DNA of 64,000 nt, from NCBI GenBank assembly GCA_040390125.1, contig JAZJYZ010000001.1, positions 570,396-634,395 of the forward strand. The letters run 5' to 3'. Of the stretch, positions 37,343-46,689 are shown in pieces. How positions within the stretch are numbered: the stretch's first letter is position 1; each line of letters begins with the position of its first letter. Origin of the DNA: Patescibacteria group bacterium. Its GTDB lineage: Bacteria > Patescibacteriota > Minisyncoccia > Phycocordibacterales > Phycocordibacteraceae. Made by a program: the position numbers and the translations under genes. A model generated the notes under the pieces. That model was given only the letters and a program-made list of their open reading frames with translations. It ran no database searches and was not told where the DNA came from.

Positions 37343-38488
37343 ATGACAGCGATGAATCACAAAAGGCTCCGCACATGGATAGAAATAGACCGACAAGCCA
37401 TAAAACACAATTACAAACTCTTTCGCTCCCTCATACCCAAAAGCACAAAACTCCTCAGCGTCGTCAAATCAAATGCATACGGGCATTCGCACATCGACTT
37501 CTCAAAGGAAGTTGAAACACTGGGTATTGATTACATTGCCGTAGATTCTATCGTCGAAGGACTATCGCTCCGAAAGAGTGGCGTACGTCGCCCGATTCTT
37601 GTGTTAGGACATACGCTCCATGTACGCATCAAGGATGCAGGACCGGCGGACATACGAGTTGCTGTTTCGAGCATTACTCAACTACACCAACTTAAAAAAG
37701 AAATATACAAACGACCAGTTAAAATTCATATCAAAGTAGACACAGGTCTTCACCGACAAGGATTCACACTCTCTGACCTCGGTGCAGTGCGTGAATTTTT
37801 GAAATGGAATAAAAAAACAAAGCGAGTGATAGTAGAAGGACTCTTTACTCACTTTGCACAAGGGAAGGATCCTCTGCACCCTGGCTACACAAAAAAACAG
37901 TTGAAAGAATTTGATGTGTGGGTGCAAGAATTCCATGCTCTTGGAATACACCCTATACTTCACACCGCAGCTACAGGCCCAACACTTGTATTCCCCGAAT
38001 CGCATTTCGATATGGTTAGAATTGGCATTGGTCTCTACGGTATATGGCCAGATGAAAAAACAAAGAAACAGCTCGAAAAAAAATACACACTGAAACCCAT
38101 TCTTTCGTGGAGGGCAGTCGTCTCTGAAGTAAAAAAACTTCCGAAAGGAAGCTTCATTGGCTATGACTCAACGGAAACTTTAAAGCGAGCAAGTACCGTG
38201 GCCGTCTGCCCTATCGGCTACTGGCACGGATTTCCACGAGCACTCTCGTCACACGGACACGTTCTTATTAACGGGAAACGTGCGAAAGTTTTGGGACGAG
38301 TTTCTATGGATATGATTTCTGTTGATGTAACAGGAATTAAAAACGTAAAAGTCGGGAGCACCGCAACTATTATAGGGAAAGACGGAAAAGACGAACTAAA
38401 AGCAGAAGACATTGCTGACTCAATGAATGCATCCGCATACGAACTCCTAACCCGCATCAACCCACTCATCAAGCGTATCTATATCTAA
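37343..38488 (+). CDS. alr: Alanine racemase
   Basis: VVKSNAYGH, KVDTGLHRQG, GRVSMD. Confidence 0.96.
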   Translation: MTAMNHKRLRTWIEIDRQAIKHNYKLFRSLIPKSTKLLSVVKSNAYGHSHIDFSKEVETLGIDYIAVDSIVEGLSLRKSGVRRPILVLGHTLHVRIKDAGPADIRVAVSSITQLHQLKKEIYKRPVKIHIKVDTGLHRQGFTLSDLGAVREFLKWNKKTKRVIVEGLFTHFAQGKDPLHPGYTKKQLKEFDVWVQEFHALGIHPILHTAATGPTLVFPESHFDMVRIGIGLYGIWPDEKTKKQLEKKYTLKPILSWRAVVSEVKKLPKGSFIGYDSTETLKRASTVAVCPIGYWHGFPRALSSHGHVLINGKRAKVLGRVSMDMISVDVTGIKNVKVGSTATIIGKDGKDELKAEDIADSMNASAYELLTRINPLIKRIYI

Positions 38489-38497
38489 ACTACAAAG

Positions 38498-38596
38498 AGC
38501 TGTCAGCTTTCAGGTTCTGTGCTACACCCGGGTGTAGCACATTTGGAGAAGTTTGCAGTTTGGTAACTAGAAGCTGAAAGCTGGCAGCTGAAAGCT
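38498..38596. repeat. Heptamer array with nested 24-bp perfect palindrome
   Basis: agctgtc agctttc aggttc [tgtgctacacccgggtgtagcaca 38518-38541] ... agaagct gaaagct ggcagct gaaagct. Confidence 0.88.
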
Positions 38597-38604
38597 TGAA
38601 TTCC

Positions 38605-38770
38605 TAGAGCTTGCCTAAAAACCCGCGGTACCCAAGCCGAAACCTTTCATTTTCGTCATGAGACATGAGTCGGAGCCCGCAATGTACGGAGAGTACATTG
38701 CGGGCGAGACGAAATGTCGAGTAGAAAATGAAAGATTTCTAGGCAGGGGGAGGTTTTTAGGCAAGCTCTA
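38605..38770. mobile_element. MITE-like element, 166 bp
   Basis: Perfect 19-bp TIR tagagcttgcctaaaaacc / ggtttttaggcaagctcta; nested inner IRs with a 13-bp central stem. Confidence 0.85.
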
Positions 38771-39457
38771 TATACGGGTGCGAGGAAGAGTGACGGCGAG
38801 GTGCCCGAGAACGGCTTTCACTGACGAGCCTTGCTGGCGCATATATCCTTGTGCATCCAATAGGTCACGAAGTGCTTGCGGTGAAGCTCCTTTTGTATGC
38901 ACTTGTTCCAGTAGTTCTTTTACAAATGCCCTCACTGGCAAACGATCTTGGGTCTTTGTGATGTACCCAGTTATTTTCTCCACCATTTTTGAACGCTCTT
39001 CAAAAGTTGCGGAAAGAAACTCTCGTGCTTCTTTTTTTGCATCTTCGTCATCCGAAAGCATGTGTGCGTCAGAAACTGAAACGGCAACGGCCCTCGACTG
39101 AAGTGTTGGCAACGCATGCCCGAGTGCATCAACTGAAAAGAAGAAAATAGTATTGCCAGTCGCCTCTTCAACAACTTTGAGAAGTGCATTTTGAGCTTCG
39201 GTAGTGGCTCGACTAAAGGTGACCACTAAGTATTTCCAATCTTTAAGAGGTTTCAAAGAAGCGTAGGAAGAAATTTCACGTGCGTTATCAACGGAAAGCT
39301 CAGTGAAAGAAAGTACAAGGACGTCCACATTGCCTGCAGTCTTTACACCCCTTGTTTCAAGCATTGCTAAAACCTCAGATGCCCCTTTGCCAGAATTTCC
39401 TACAACAAGATACGCATGATGTAACTCCTTCGTGTGGGCAAGTTCAGAAACTTTCAT
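38768..39457 (-). CDS. DNA polymerase III delta-prime-like protein (short)
   Basis: LHHAYLV, EAQNALLKVVEE, LPTLQSR. Confidence 0.82.
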   Translation of the reverse strand: MKVSELAHTKELHHAYLVVGNSGKGASEVLAMLETRGVKTAGNVDVLVLSFTELSVDNAREISSYASLKPLKDWKYLVVTFSRATTEAQNALLKVVEEATGNTIFFFSVDALGHALPTLQSRAVAVSVSDAHMLSDDEDAKKEAREFLSATFEERSKMVEKITGYITKTQDRLPVRAFVKELLEQVHTKGASPQALRDLLDAQGYMRQQGSSVKAVLGHLAVTLPRTRI

Positions 39458-39606
39458 TCTTTAATTCTACTACCTTTTCAATTTTTTTATTTCCTGAAGA
39501 AAGCGATTTGATAAATCAAAAATTCATGTTGTAACCTTTAATGCAGTTTAGAGGTTCTATGTATGTAAAGGTCGAATTTTATAAACTGATCTTAATATCA
39601 AAAAAT

Positions 39607-39780
39607 ATGGGGGAAGGAAAAAAGTATTTTATGAAGGCCGGTTTAGACTTTGTACCAAACGAGCCTGGAAAATTATTGTGTTGGCATAGTTGGGTAAAAT
39701 TTAACTTCCGTGGGTTTGGAATATGCCAGAAACGTTGCACAAAATGCGGGAAGGTGACCGAACATGTCCCAGGGATGTAA
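39607..39780 (+). CDS. Small putative zinc-ribbon protein
   Basis: LLCWHSW...KRCTKCGK. Confidence 0.55.
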   Translation: MGEGKKYFMKAGLDFVPNEPGKLLCWHSWVKFNFRGFGICQKRCTKCGKVTEHVPGM

Positions 39781-39781
39781 G

Positions 39782-40798
39782 CTACCTCCGCTTCGTCGTC
39801 ATCGTTTTTTTGTAGGTCTCCAAGTGGTCGAGTGCAATGCCAGTTCCTTTTGCAACACAAAACGCTGCCTCTTCTGCAAGCACCGCACTCACACCAGTTC
39901 GACGAAATACCAACTCTGGTAAATGGCGAAGCTGTGATGTTCCGCCAGTCATAATAATTCCTTTATCAATGATGTCAGCGGCAAGCTCGGGTGGAGTTTC
40001 CTGAAGCACAGTTCGGACGGCCTTTATCATCTCCCGGAGTTCCCTTGAGATTGCACGCACAATTTCATTCGTAGAAACAGTAGCAGTTCTTGGCAAACCT
40101 GAAAGCAGATCACGCCCCCTAATTGCCATCGAAAGTTCTTCTTCAACGGGCACTGCGGAGCCGATGCCAATCTTAATATCTTCAGCAGTTTTATCACCAA
40201 TGGCAAGGTTGTAGGTTTTCTTTATGTAGTCGGCAATTGCCTGATCAATACGATTTCCTGCACACTTCACAGAAGTAGAAGCAACGATACCTCCTAAAGA
40301 AATCACCGCAACATCGATAGTGCCTCCCCCAACATCTGCAATCATGTGTCCCCGTGGTTCATGAATAGGAATGCCTGCACCAATGGCTGCGAGTATCGGC
40401 TCTTTAATCACGTATGCATTTCGAGCACCTGCTTTGAGTGCTGCTTCAACGACAGCACGACGCTCTGTTGAAGTAACACCGGCAGGAACAGAAACGATCA
40501 CGTCGGGTTTGAAAAGGTTCCATGCTCCTAAGGATTTTTTAATGTAGTAGCGGAGCATTGCTTCGGTAACACGGTAATCAGCAATAACACCGTCTTTCAT
40601 GGGCCTATATGCAATTATTGAATCAGGGGTTCTGCCAACCATCTCTTTTGCTTCAGAGCCTATCGCCAAAATTTTACGATCATGCACTGACACAGCAACA
40701 ACGGACGGCTCGTTCAAAACAACACCGTATCCAGGTACATACACTAGTGTAGTTGTGGTACCGAGATCAATTCCGAGTTTGGGAGAAAAGAATGACAT
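39782..40798 (-). CDS. mreB: MreB/Mbl paralogue
   Basis: LGIDLGTTTT, DVGGGT, TPPELAADI. Confidence 0.94.
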   Translation of the reverse strand: MSFFSPKLGIDLGTTTTLVYVPGYGVVLNEPSVVAVSVHDRKILAIGSEAKEMVGRTPDSIIAYRPMKDGVIADYRVTEAMLRYYIKKSLGAWNLFKPDVIVSVPAGVTSTERRAVVEAALKAGARNAYVIKEPILAAIGAGIPIHEPRGHMIADVGGGTIDVAVISLGGIVASTSVKCAGNRIDQAIADYIKKTYNLAIGDKTAEDIKIGIGSAVPVEEELSMAIRGRDLLSGLPRTATVSTNEIVRAISRELREMIKAVRTVLQETPPELAADIIDKGIIMTGGTSQLRHLPELVFRRTGVSAVLAEEAAFCVAKGTGIALDHLETYKKTMTTKRR

Positions 40799-40898
40799 GG
40801 CGAATAATTGTAGCAGATGGAGCTCCAAACCCGATTCTTGACAGTACCCTTTCAGTATTGTTAAGTATGAAGATTGAAATTAATTTTAAAGCTTGTGT

Positions 40899-41285
40899 AT
40901 GGCAAAATTTGAAAAGGATCCAATAGACAAATCTGTACAATGGGCAAAATCAGCACGCAATCTTCAGCGACTTATGGTTGGCGCTACGGCATTAGCTGTA
41001 CCCGGTGTCCTCATTGCCGACTACGTTTCTACGTATGTTACCGGACAGCCAACTGGATTGAAGGAAATGGCTATAGATTTTGCAACAGCTAATCCAGAAA
41101 AAAGCCTCGCTGTGGGTGCCGGTGCAGTAGCTACGTATGGAGCAGTGGGTTTCATTAAAAAGATCCTTATGGAACAAGCGTATAGTGAAATAGTGAACGG
41201 GTGTAGTAATGGCTGGCTTTCGATATTAAAAGAAGAGGGTATCCCCAGATATCCTAATACTTGGAACCCGTGGCAGAAACCGTAA
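40899..41285 (+). CDS. Hypothetical two-TM protein
   Basis: 128-aa ORF with Gly/Ala-rich helices. Confidence 0.65.
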   Translation: MAKFEKDPIDKSVQWAKSARNLQRLMVGATALAVPGVLIADYVSTYVTGQPTGLKEMAIDFATANPEKSLAVGAGAVATYGAVGFIKKILMEQAYSEIVNGCSNGWLSILKEEGIPRYPNTWNPWQKP

Positions 41286-41400
41286 AGTTCATGTAGCTAC
41301 ACTAAGGTCCAAGATTGATATAGATGCCAAAACTTGACAAATATATCTATTGGAGTACAATACACTTTGAGTTAATTTTGCTAAAATAAACAAAAATCAT

Positions 41401-41658
41401 ATGTCAGAAACTGGAATAGAGACTGTGCACGTACCGGAACCGAAGAATCATCTAGGAATGACTAGAAGGGATTGGGATGCAATAAATGATGAGCCGACGG
41501 ATGGCGGTGAGAAAAGAGCGTGGGGAGCTCCATGGTTTGATTACCAACCAGACAAAAAAGAAGTCAAAGAAACGTCTGCATCAAAAAAACCAGGATGGGG
41601 CATGCTATTGCTTGGAATGCTTATAGCAAACCGAATGAAAGGACATCAGAAACACTAA
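41401..41658 (+). CDS. Hypothetical protein with C-terminal hydrophobic tail
   Basis: TTGACA-16-TACAAT promoter at 41334. Confidence 0.65.
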   Translation: MSETGIETVHVPEPKNHLGMTRRDWDAINDEPTDGGEKRAWGAPWFDYQPDKKEVKETSASKKPGWGMLLLGMLIANRMKGHQKH

Positions 41659-41676
41659 AACTATGGGGTTATTTAA

Positions 41677-41868
41677 ATGCGAAAAAAAATACCTATGCTT
41701 CCAGAGCCACCAATACCGAAAGTGAATTTACGGGACGGACTTTGGAATAGGATTTTACCAGATATCTTCCATATTCCCCCTCAAAAGCCAGGCGGGGAAA
41801 GCGTAGAACCTATAGATACCCCGATGAATCCATTGGATCAAAAGGTGCCTTTTGAAATGCACCTCTAA
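41677..41868 (+). CDS. Small Pro-rich hypothetical protein
   Basis: Fills the gap in a co-oriented cluster. Confidence 0.5.
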   Translation: MRKKIPMLPEPPIPKVNLRDGLWNRILPDIFHIPPQKPGGESVEPIDTPMNPLDQKVPFEMHL

Positions 41869-41875
41869 ATAATCT

Positions 41876-42322
41876 ATGTCCGAACGAGGAGAAACATTCT
41901 TTGGAGAAAGAGATCCACATCCTCGTGAAGCTTCTGTTGAGCGCCAACTAGAAATTCCAGCAAAAACCCTTCCTCGCATGAATGGTGAGCCTGCAGGTAC
42001 CCACGTGTCACGCCTTCCCCATCAAGAACCATCCGTTATCTTTGTTAGCTCTCGAACTAACGGAGAAACAGTCAAGGTTAAAAGAGGCCTTCTCAGTAGT
42101 GCTGGACACGGAGTACTTCGCCTTGTTGCGGCTCCTGTTGGGGCAGCACTGTTCGCAACTGGAATTCTCACAGAAGTGACCCTCGTTGCCGGACTTCGAC
42201 TTGTCGGAGGAGTCCTTACAACTCCGCAGGAAATTCTCGCTGCAACAGCGGCGACAGCGATAGTGGGAGGAATAGCACTGCTCGACTTTGCAACCGGAAG
42301 AAAGAAAAAATTCGTTTTTTAA
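41876..42322 (+). CDS. Hypothetical membrane protein (putative paralogue of 42493)
   Basis: VLRLVAAPVGAA...LLDFATGRKKK. Confidence 0.7.
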   Translation: MSERGETFFGERDPHPREASVERQLEIPAKTLPRMNGEPAGTHVSRLPHQEPSVIFVSSRTNGETVKVKRGLLSSAGHGVLRLVAAPVGAALFATGILTEVTLVAGLRLVGGVLTTPQEILAATAATAIVGGIALLDFATGRKKKFVF

Positions 42323-42400
42323 AGATAGCAGGCATCAATGACCGCCAACCCCAACACCCGCAAGGGTGTTTTTGATTTGATATATCAAACCACTCTCATT

Positions 42401-42428
42401 ATTGTGCTACACCCGGGTGTAGCACAAT
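42401..42428. repeat. 28-bp perfect palindrome, second copy of the 38518 element
   Basis: attgtgctacacccgggtgtagcacaat. Confidence 0.9.
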
Positions 42429-42492
42429 TTACTTTTCCCGTTATAGAAATTGACAAAAGAATCGTACGGAGTACAACATCAAAAGAAAGATT

Positions 42493-42966
42493 ATGAAAAT
42501 TGGACACCAAGAAGCAGCCTTGAGAGAAACCCTCCCCAAAATCCCATTCGAAAGAAAACGCCGACCGCCACCACTAGAAGGCTTGAGGGTAATTGCGACT
42601 CCTGAGTACGTCCCGAACTTTGTCCATACTGTCTTTCCCGCACCAACCGCAAAAGCTCGCTTCATAAGTAATACGTTCAACCCGAAGGAAACTATTCAAC
42701 CTAAGAAAAAGAACCCAGTGATGCGGGTGCTCGCTTTGCCTGTGGGAGTGGCAAGTAGTGCACAAGGTTTTCTGAACGTAGAATCCAGCATCATAGGCAC
42801 GTCAGCCGGCATATCTCTCGGTGCTGAGAGAGGTGAGATGGTAGATGCACTTTTTGGAATCGCATCTCAAAGCCACATCGTGCAAACACTTCTTATTTCA
42901 GGCATAGCTCTGTTGGGTTTGGGTGGGTATCTTGTACGATTCAGTTTAGGAAAGAGAAAACGATAG
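42493..42966 (+). CDS. Hypothetical membrane protein (putative paralogue of 41876)
   Basis: VMRVLALPVGVA...LVRFSLGKRKR; TTGACA-16-TACAAC promoter at 42450. Confidence 0.7.
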   Translation: MKIGHQEAALRETLPKIPFERKRRPPPLEGLRVIATPEYVPNFVHTVFPAPTAKARFISNTFNPKETIQPKKKNPVMRVLALPVGVASSAQGFLNVESSIIGTSAGISLGAERGEMVDALFGIASQSHIVQTLLISGIALLGLGGYLVRFSLGKRKR

Positions 42967-43009
42967 GCGTTAAGGCTTTCCAAAATCCAAAACAAATATC
43001 TTGGATTTT

Positions 43010-44284
43010 TTAATTTCTAGAAATTGAAAGCCCTACTGCCGCTAGTCTTTTTTCAATAGCCTCGTATCCCCTATCCATCAAGTGAGCGTTGCCCACGTGC
43101 GAGGTGCCGTCTGCAATAGCGGCGGCGAGAATGTACGCAAGACCAGCACGAATGTCAGGACCATCAATGTCACGTGCTTTGAGTAATGTTTTCCCTTTCA
43201 CGGTAGCTCGATGAGGATTTACTACGGCAATCTTTGCACCCATACTCACCAGCTCTGTTGTGTAGTTCAATCGTCCATTAAAAATAGTTTCAACTACCGT
43301 ACTCTCCCCCTCCGCTTGAGTGAGCGCCACCATCATGGGTGCTTGTGCGTCTGTGGGAAAACCAGGGTACTCATGCGTGCGTAACTTAATGGGGTTCAGA
43401 GTTTCAGGGGCAGAAACAGTTATTGAGTCTTTTTCAACACGCAAGGGAACACCCATCATGCGAAGCACCTCAAGAACTGCATCCAAATGTTCTGGAACAA
43501 TCCCCGTTACAGTAAGCCCATTTCCCGCAATGGCACCGAGAGCAAGAAATGTTGAGGCTTCAATACGGTCAGGGATGATGCGGAAAGCTGAAACAGGAGG
43601 AGTGAGAGTGGAAGGGTGAATGACGACTGTAGGAGTGCCGACGCCTTCAATCCTCGCTCCACAGGAAATCAAAAATTCAGCGAGTGCAACAATCTCTGGC
43701 TCCATTGCACAATTTTTCAACGTAACAGGAGCTTTTGCGAGAGTCGCCGCCATCATGAACGTTTCTGTTGCAGTTACTGAAACAATTCTGAAAAAGATTT
43801 CTCCCCCCGACAATCCACCAGGTGCGGAGAGAGTGTAAGAATCGGCAGTTTCAGAGTAGTTCGCACCCAGCTTTTGAAAACCTGAAATAAAAATATCAAT
43901 GGGTCTCTCGCCAATGACGTCTCCGCCAGGATGTGGAAATGTAACACTACCTAAACGTGCAAGAAGTGGCCCGATCAACACCACACTCGCACGCATTGAT
44001 TTTGCAAGTGTCTGGTCGAGAACACTTCCCGACAAACTTTTTGCGCTCACGGTAAGCTCGCTTCCCGTGTGAGTCACAAAGGCACCAAGCCCCTCTAAAA
44101 TTCGACTCATGGAAGTAACATCTGCGATGTTAGGTACATTAGTGAACTTCGACTCCCCTTCGATGAGAGCCGAAGCCGCCATTACCTTAAGTACGTTATT
44201 TTTTGCACCAAATACAGGAATTGAACCTTTAAGGCTCTTCTTCCCAGCCAGCCCTTCAATGGTAAATACGTTCTTCGAAGCCAT
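43010..44284 (-). CDS. murA: UDP-N-acetylglucosamine 1-carboxyvinyltransferase
   Basis: GAKNN, MRAS, PGGDVIGERPID, YPGFPTDAQ, DRGYE. Confidence 0.97.
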   Translation of the reverse strand: MASKNVFTIEGLAGKKSLKGSIPVFGAKNNVLKVMAASALIEGESKFTNVPNIADVTSMSRILEGLGAFVTHTGSELTVSAKSLSGSVLDQTLAKSMRASVVLIGPLLARLGSVTFPHPGGDVIGERPIDIFISGFQKLGANYSETADSYTLSAPGGLSGGEIFFRIVSVTATETFMMAATLAKAPVTLKNCAMEPEIVALAEFLISCGARIEGVGTPTVVIHPSTLTPPVSAFRIIPDRIEASTFLALGAIAGNGLTVTGIVPEHLDAVLEVLRMMGVPLRVEKDSITVSAPETLNPIKLRTHEYPGFPTDAQAPMMVALTQAEGESTVVETIFNGRLNYTTELVSMGAKIAVVNPHRATVKGKTLLKARDIDGPDIRAGLAYILAAAIADGTSHVGNAHLMDRGYEAIEKRLAAVGLSISRN

Positions 44285-44314
44285 TGAAGCCTATTGTACA
44301 CGAAGCGAGCTAGA

Positions 44315-44383
44315 AGGTTCTAGAGTTTAGATGCTAGCTTTTCCTACCAAAAGCTGGAAGCTGACAGCTGAAACCTGTAAGCT
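44315..44383. repeat. Inverted heptamer array (degenerate left arm)
   Basis: aggttct agagttt agatgct agcttt / aaagct ggaagct gacagct gaaacct gtaagct. Confidence 0.82.
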
Positions 44384-44389
44384 AATATC

Positions 44390-46324
44390 ATGTTCATCGT
44401 CCGAGTCATACCTATCGCACGTGGGATTTTTACGAATCATTTGACATTCTTCTCTCGTGAAAACATACCGGAAGGAATGGTAGTCACCACCACTGTTCGT
44501 GGCCGTACAATTCCAGCACTCGTGATTGAATCTAAAGATGTCCGAGAAGAAAAACTTGATCTTCGAAGTGCTGGTTTCGCATTAAAGAAAATTTCCGCAA
44601 AAGCAAAACCAAAACGCATCCTCACCAGTGCGTTCATTAATGCCACAAAAGATGCGGCACTCTGGCACGGGGTGCATGAGAGCGTCATGTTTGCTGCACT
44701 CACATCGACTACACTTTTTAATGCTTCTGCAAAATTAGAATCCGCAGAAGATTTTCCTGAAAAAGAGACTGGGGCACACGAACCTGGTGTGCGGGCAGAC
44801 CTTCTGGTACTCCAAGCAGAAAAAGAAGAACGTGTGCGTACCTACCGGAATTTAGCGCGTGAATCATTTGCCAGGGGTGAATCGGTCATGATTATCGTAC
44901 CAACAGTAATCGAAGCCGAGCAGATGGAGCAAAATCTGAAACGTGGCATAGAAGAACACGTACTCCTCTTTACCAGCGAAATCACAAAGAAAAAATTGAT
45001 TGAAAACTGGAATAGCTCCGTAACGAACAAAAAACCAGTCTTGATTATTGGTACTGCATTTGCACTTTCCATACCTCGAGGAGACATAGGCACCATAGTT
45101 GTGGAGCGTGAAAGTGCTAGAGGATACCGAGGATTCTCTCGTCCACATGTGGATGTTCGTAGATGCGCCGAATCTCTCTGCAGAAGAATGGGTATACGGT
45201 TCATTCTTGCGGATTTTCCACTTCGCATCGAAACAAGGTACCGAGTAGACGCACATGAAATGGACGAACTTGCCCGCTCCCAAGCAAGGCCAAGCACCCG
45301 TGCAAACGTACAGATAGTGGACACCAGAAAAAAAGAAATAACGCTTGAGCAAACGTCAAAAACAAAACCGAAACGCACCTTCGCCACGCTCACCGACGAA
45401 ACGAAAGAAAAAATAGGTCACGAAATACAGAGAGGTGGGCGAGCAATTGTATTTGCAGCGAGGCGTGGTATTGCTCCACTGACCGTCTGCAACGACTGCG
45501 GAACTCCAGTCACTGACCCGGATACCGGCGTTCCTATGATTCTTCACAAAACTGAAAACGGAAATGTATTCATGTCACACCGCAGTGGAGCGACACTGCC
45601 GTCAGAGACCCCGTGCAAGACATGCGGAGGATGGAATTTGGTAACGTTGGGTGTAGGAGTCGAACGTGTGGAAAGTGAGCTTGCAAAAACATTTCCCAAC
45701 TCTCCCCTCATCACATTCACAAAAGACAGCGCACCAACGCATAAAACAGCAAAAAAACTTGCAGAAGAATTCTTCTCTACGGAAGGCTCCATACTCGTGG
45801 GAACAGAGCGGATGTTGCCATACCTCAAAGAGTCAGTAGCGATCGCCGTGGTAGCTTCGGTTGACAGCATGCTCTCCATTACTGCCTGGAGGGCACACGA
45901 GCACACACTCTCCATACTCTTTTACCTCCAAGAACATGCGGAACTAGAATTTATTGTTGAAACAAGAAAACCCGAAAGCGAGGTGATGAAGGCGTTCATG
46001 TCCGGGAACCCTGCTGATTTTTACCGTGCCGATATTTCGGAGCGAGAACAATACGGCTATCCACCATTTACCACATTCCTTGGCCTCCTCTGGAAAGGAA
46101 CAAAAGCACAGGTTGAGAAAAAAAGCCTCTACATCACAGAACTTTTTTCAGATACCGACTTAGTGGGCCCTCTCTCTCCTGTTGCTATAGGCAAGAGCGA
46201 ATGGCAAGCGAGGGCGGTGATTCGAGTAGAGAGGAAGAAGTGGCCAGACACTCTTCTTGCGGAACGTCTCCGTGCCCTACCGCCAGATATAGAAGTGACG
46301 GTAGATCCGGATGAGATAGTTTAG
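44390..46324 (+). CDS. priA: Primosomal protein N' (PriA)-like, degenerate helicase motifs
   Basis: RRGIAPLTVCNDCG, CKTCGG, GVGVERVE, YPPF, VTVDP; upstream of def-fmt. Confidence 0.85.
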   Translation: MFIVRVIPIARGIFTNHLTFFSRENIPEGMVVTTTVRGRTIPALVIESKDVREEKLDLRSAGFALKKISAKAKPKRILTSAFINATKDAALWHGVHESVMFAALTSTTLFNASAKLESAEDFPEKETGAHEPGVRADLLVLQAEKEERVRTYRNLARESFARGESVMIIVPTVIEAEQMEQNLKRGIEEHVLLFTSEITKKKLIENWNSSVTNKKPVLIIGTAFALSIPRGDIGTIVVERESARGYRGFSRPHVDVRRCAESLCRRMGIRFILADFPLRIETRYRVDAHEMDELARSQARPSTRANVQIVDTRKKEITLEQTSKTKPKRTFATLTDETKEKIGHEIQRGGRAIVFAARRGIAPLTVCNDCGTPVTDPDTGVPMILHKTENGNVFMSHRSGATLPSETPCKTCGGWNLVTLGVGVERVESELAKTFPNSPLITFTKDSAPTHKTAKKLAEEFFSTEGSILVGTERMLPYLKESVAIAVVASVDSMLSITAWRAHEHTLSILFYLQEHAELEFIVETRKPESEVMKAFMSGNPADFYRADISEREQYGYPPFTTFLGLLWKGTKAQVEKKSLYITELFSDTDLVGPLSPVAIGKSEWQARAVIRVERKKWPDTLLAERLRALPPDIEVTVDPDEIV

Positions 46325-46357
46325 AAAAATAAGAAGCGTAAGCGACTATATTTTTGT

Positions 46358-46652
46358 TAACCCCGTTAAATCCTTTCAAATCATGAGTACGTTCTGCTAT
46401 GTATACGTCCTCCGATCAAAGAAAGATGGCAAATTCTATACGGGATATACCCAAGATTTGAAAGGACGATTTGAGGCGCACCAAAAAGGACGAGTAGGTT
46501 CAACACAAAATCGCAGACCGTTTACGCTTATTTACTCCGAGGCGTGCCTGGATCGTCGGGATGCAATGAAAAGGGAGCGCTATTTGAAAACTCACCACGG
46601 CAAGTTATTCTTACATAGTCGCCTCAAATCGTATTTAACAGGGTGTAAGATT
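46358..46652 (+). mobile_element. Element with palindromic ends enclosing a GIY-YIG gene
   Basis: Left end taaccccgttaaatcc, right end cgtatttaacagggtgtaagatt; both repeated exactly at 46690-46754. Confidence 0.75.
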
Positions 46653-46658
46653 CAGTAA
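46383..46658 (+). CDS. Stand-alone GIY-YIG nuclease (UPF0213/SLX1-like)
   Basis: YVYVL..FYTGYTQDL..RF..H, AMKRERYLK. Confidence 0.93.
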   Translation: MSTFCYVYVLRSKKDGKFYTGYTQDLKGRFEAHQKGRVGSTQNRRPFTLIYSEACLDRRDAMKRERYLKTHHGKLFLHSRLKSYLTGCKIQ

Positions 46659-46689
46659 AACGTATGAGCGAATATGAATAAGCTGAACG

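Noticed and set aside
38658-39101. 147-aa plus-strand ORF as MITE transposase
   Set aside because: Mostly antisense to the delta-prime-like gene; no transposase motif
39782-40798. Second mreB as a novelty
   Set aside because: Multiple MreB paralogues are common in bacteria
264-44383. Heptamer arrays as CRISPR or simple terminators
   Set aside because: No repeat-spacer structure or cas genes; arms pair imperfectly and lack U tracts
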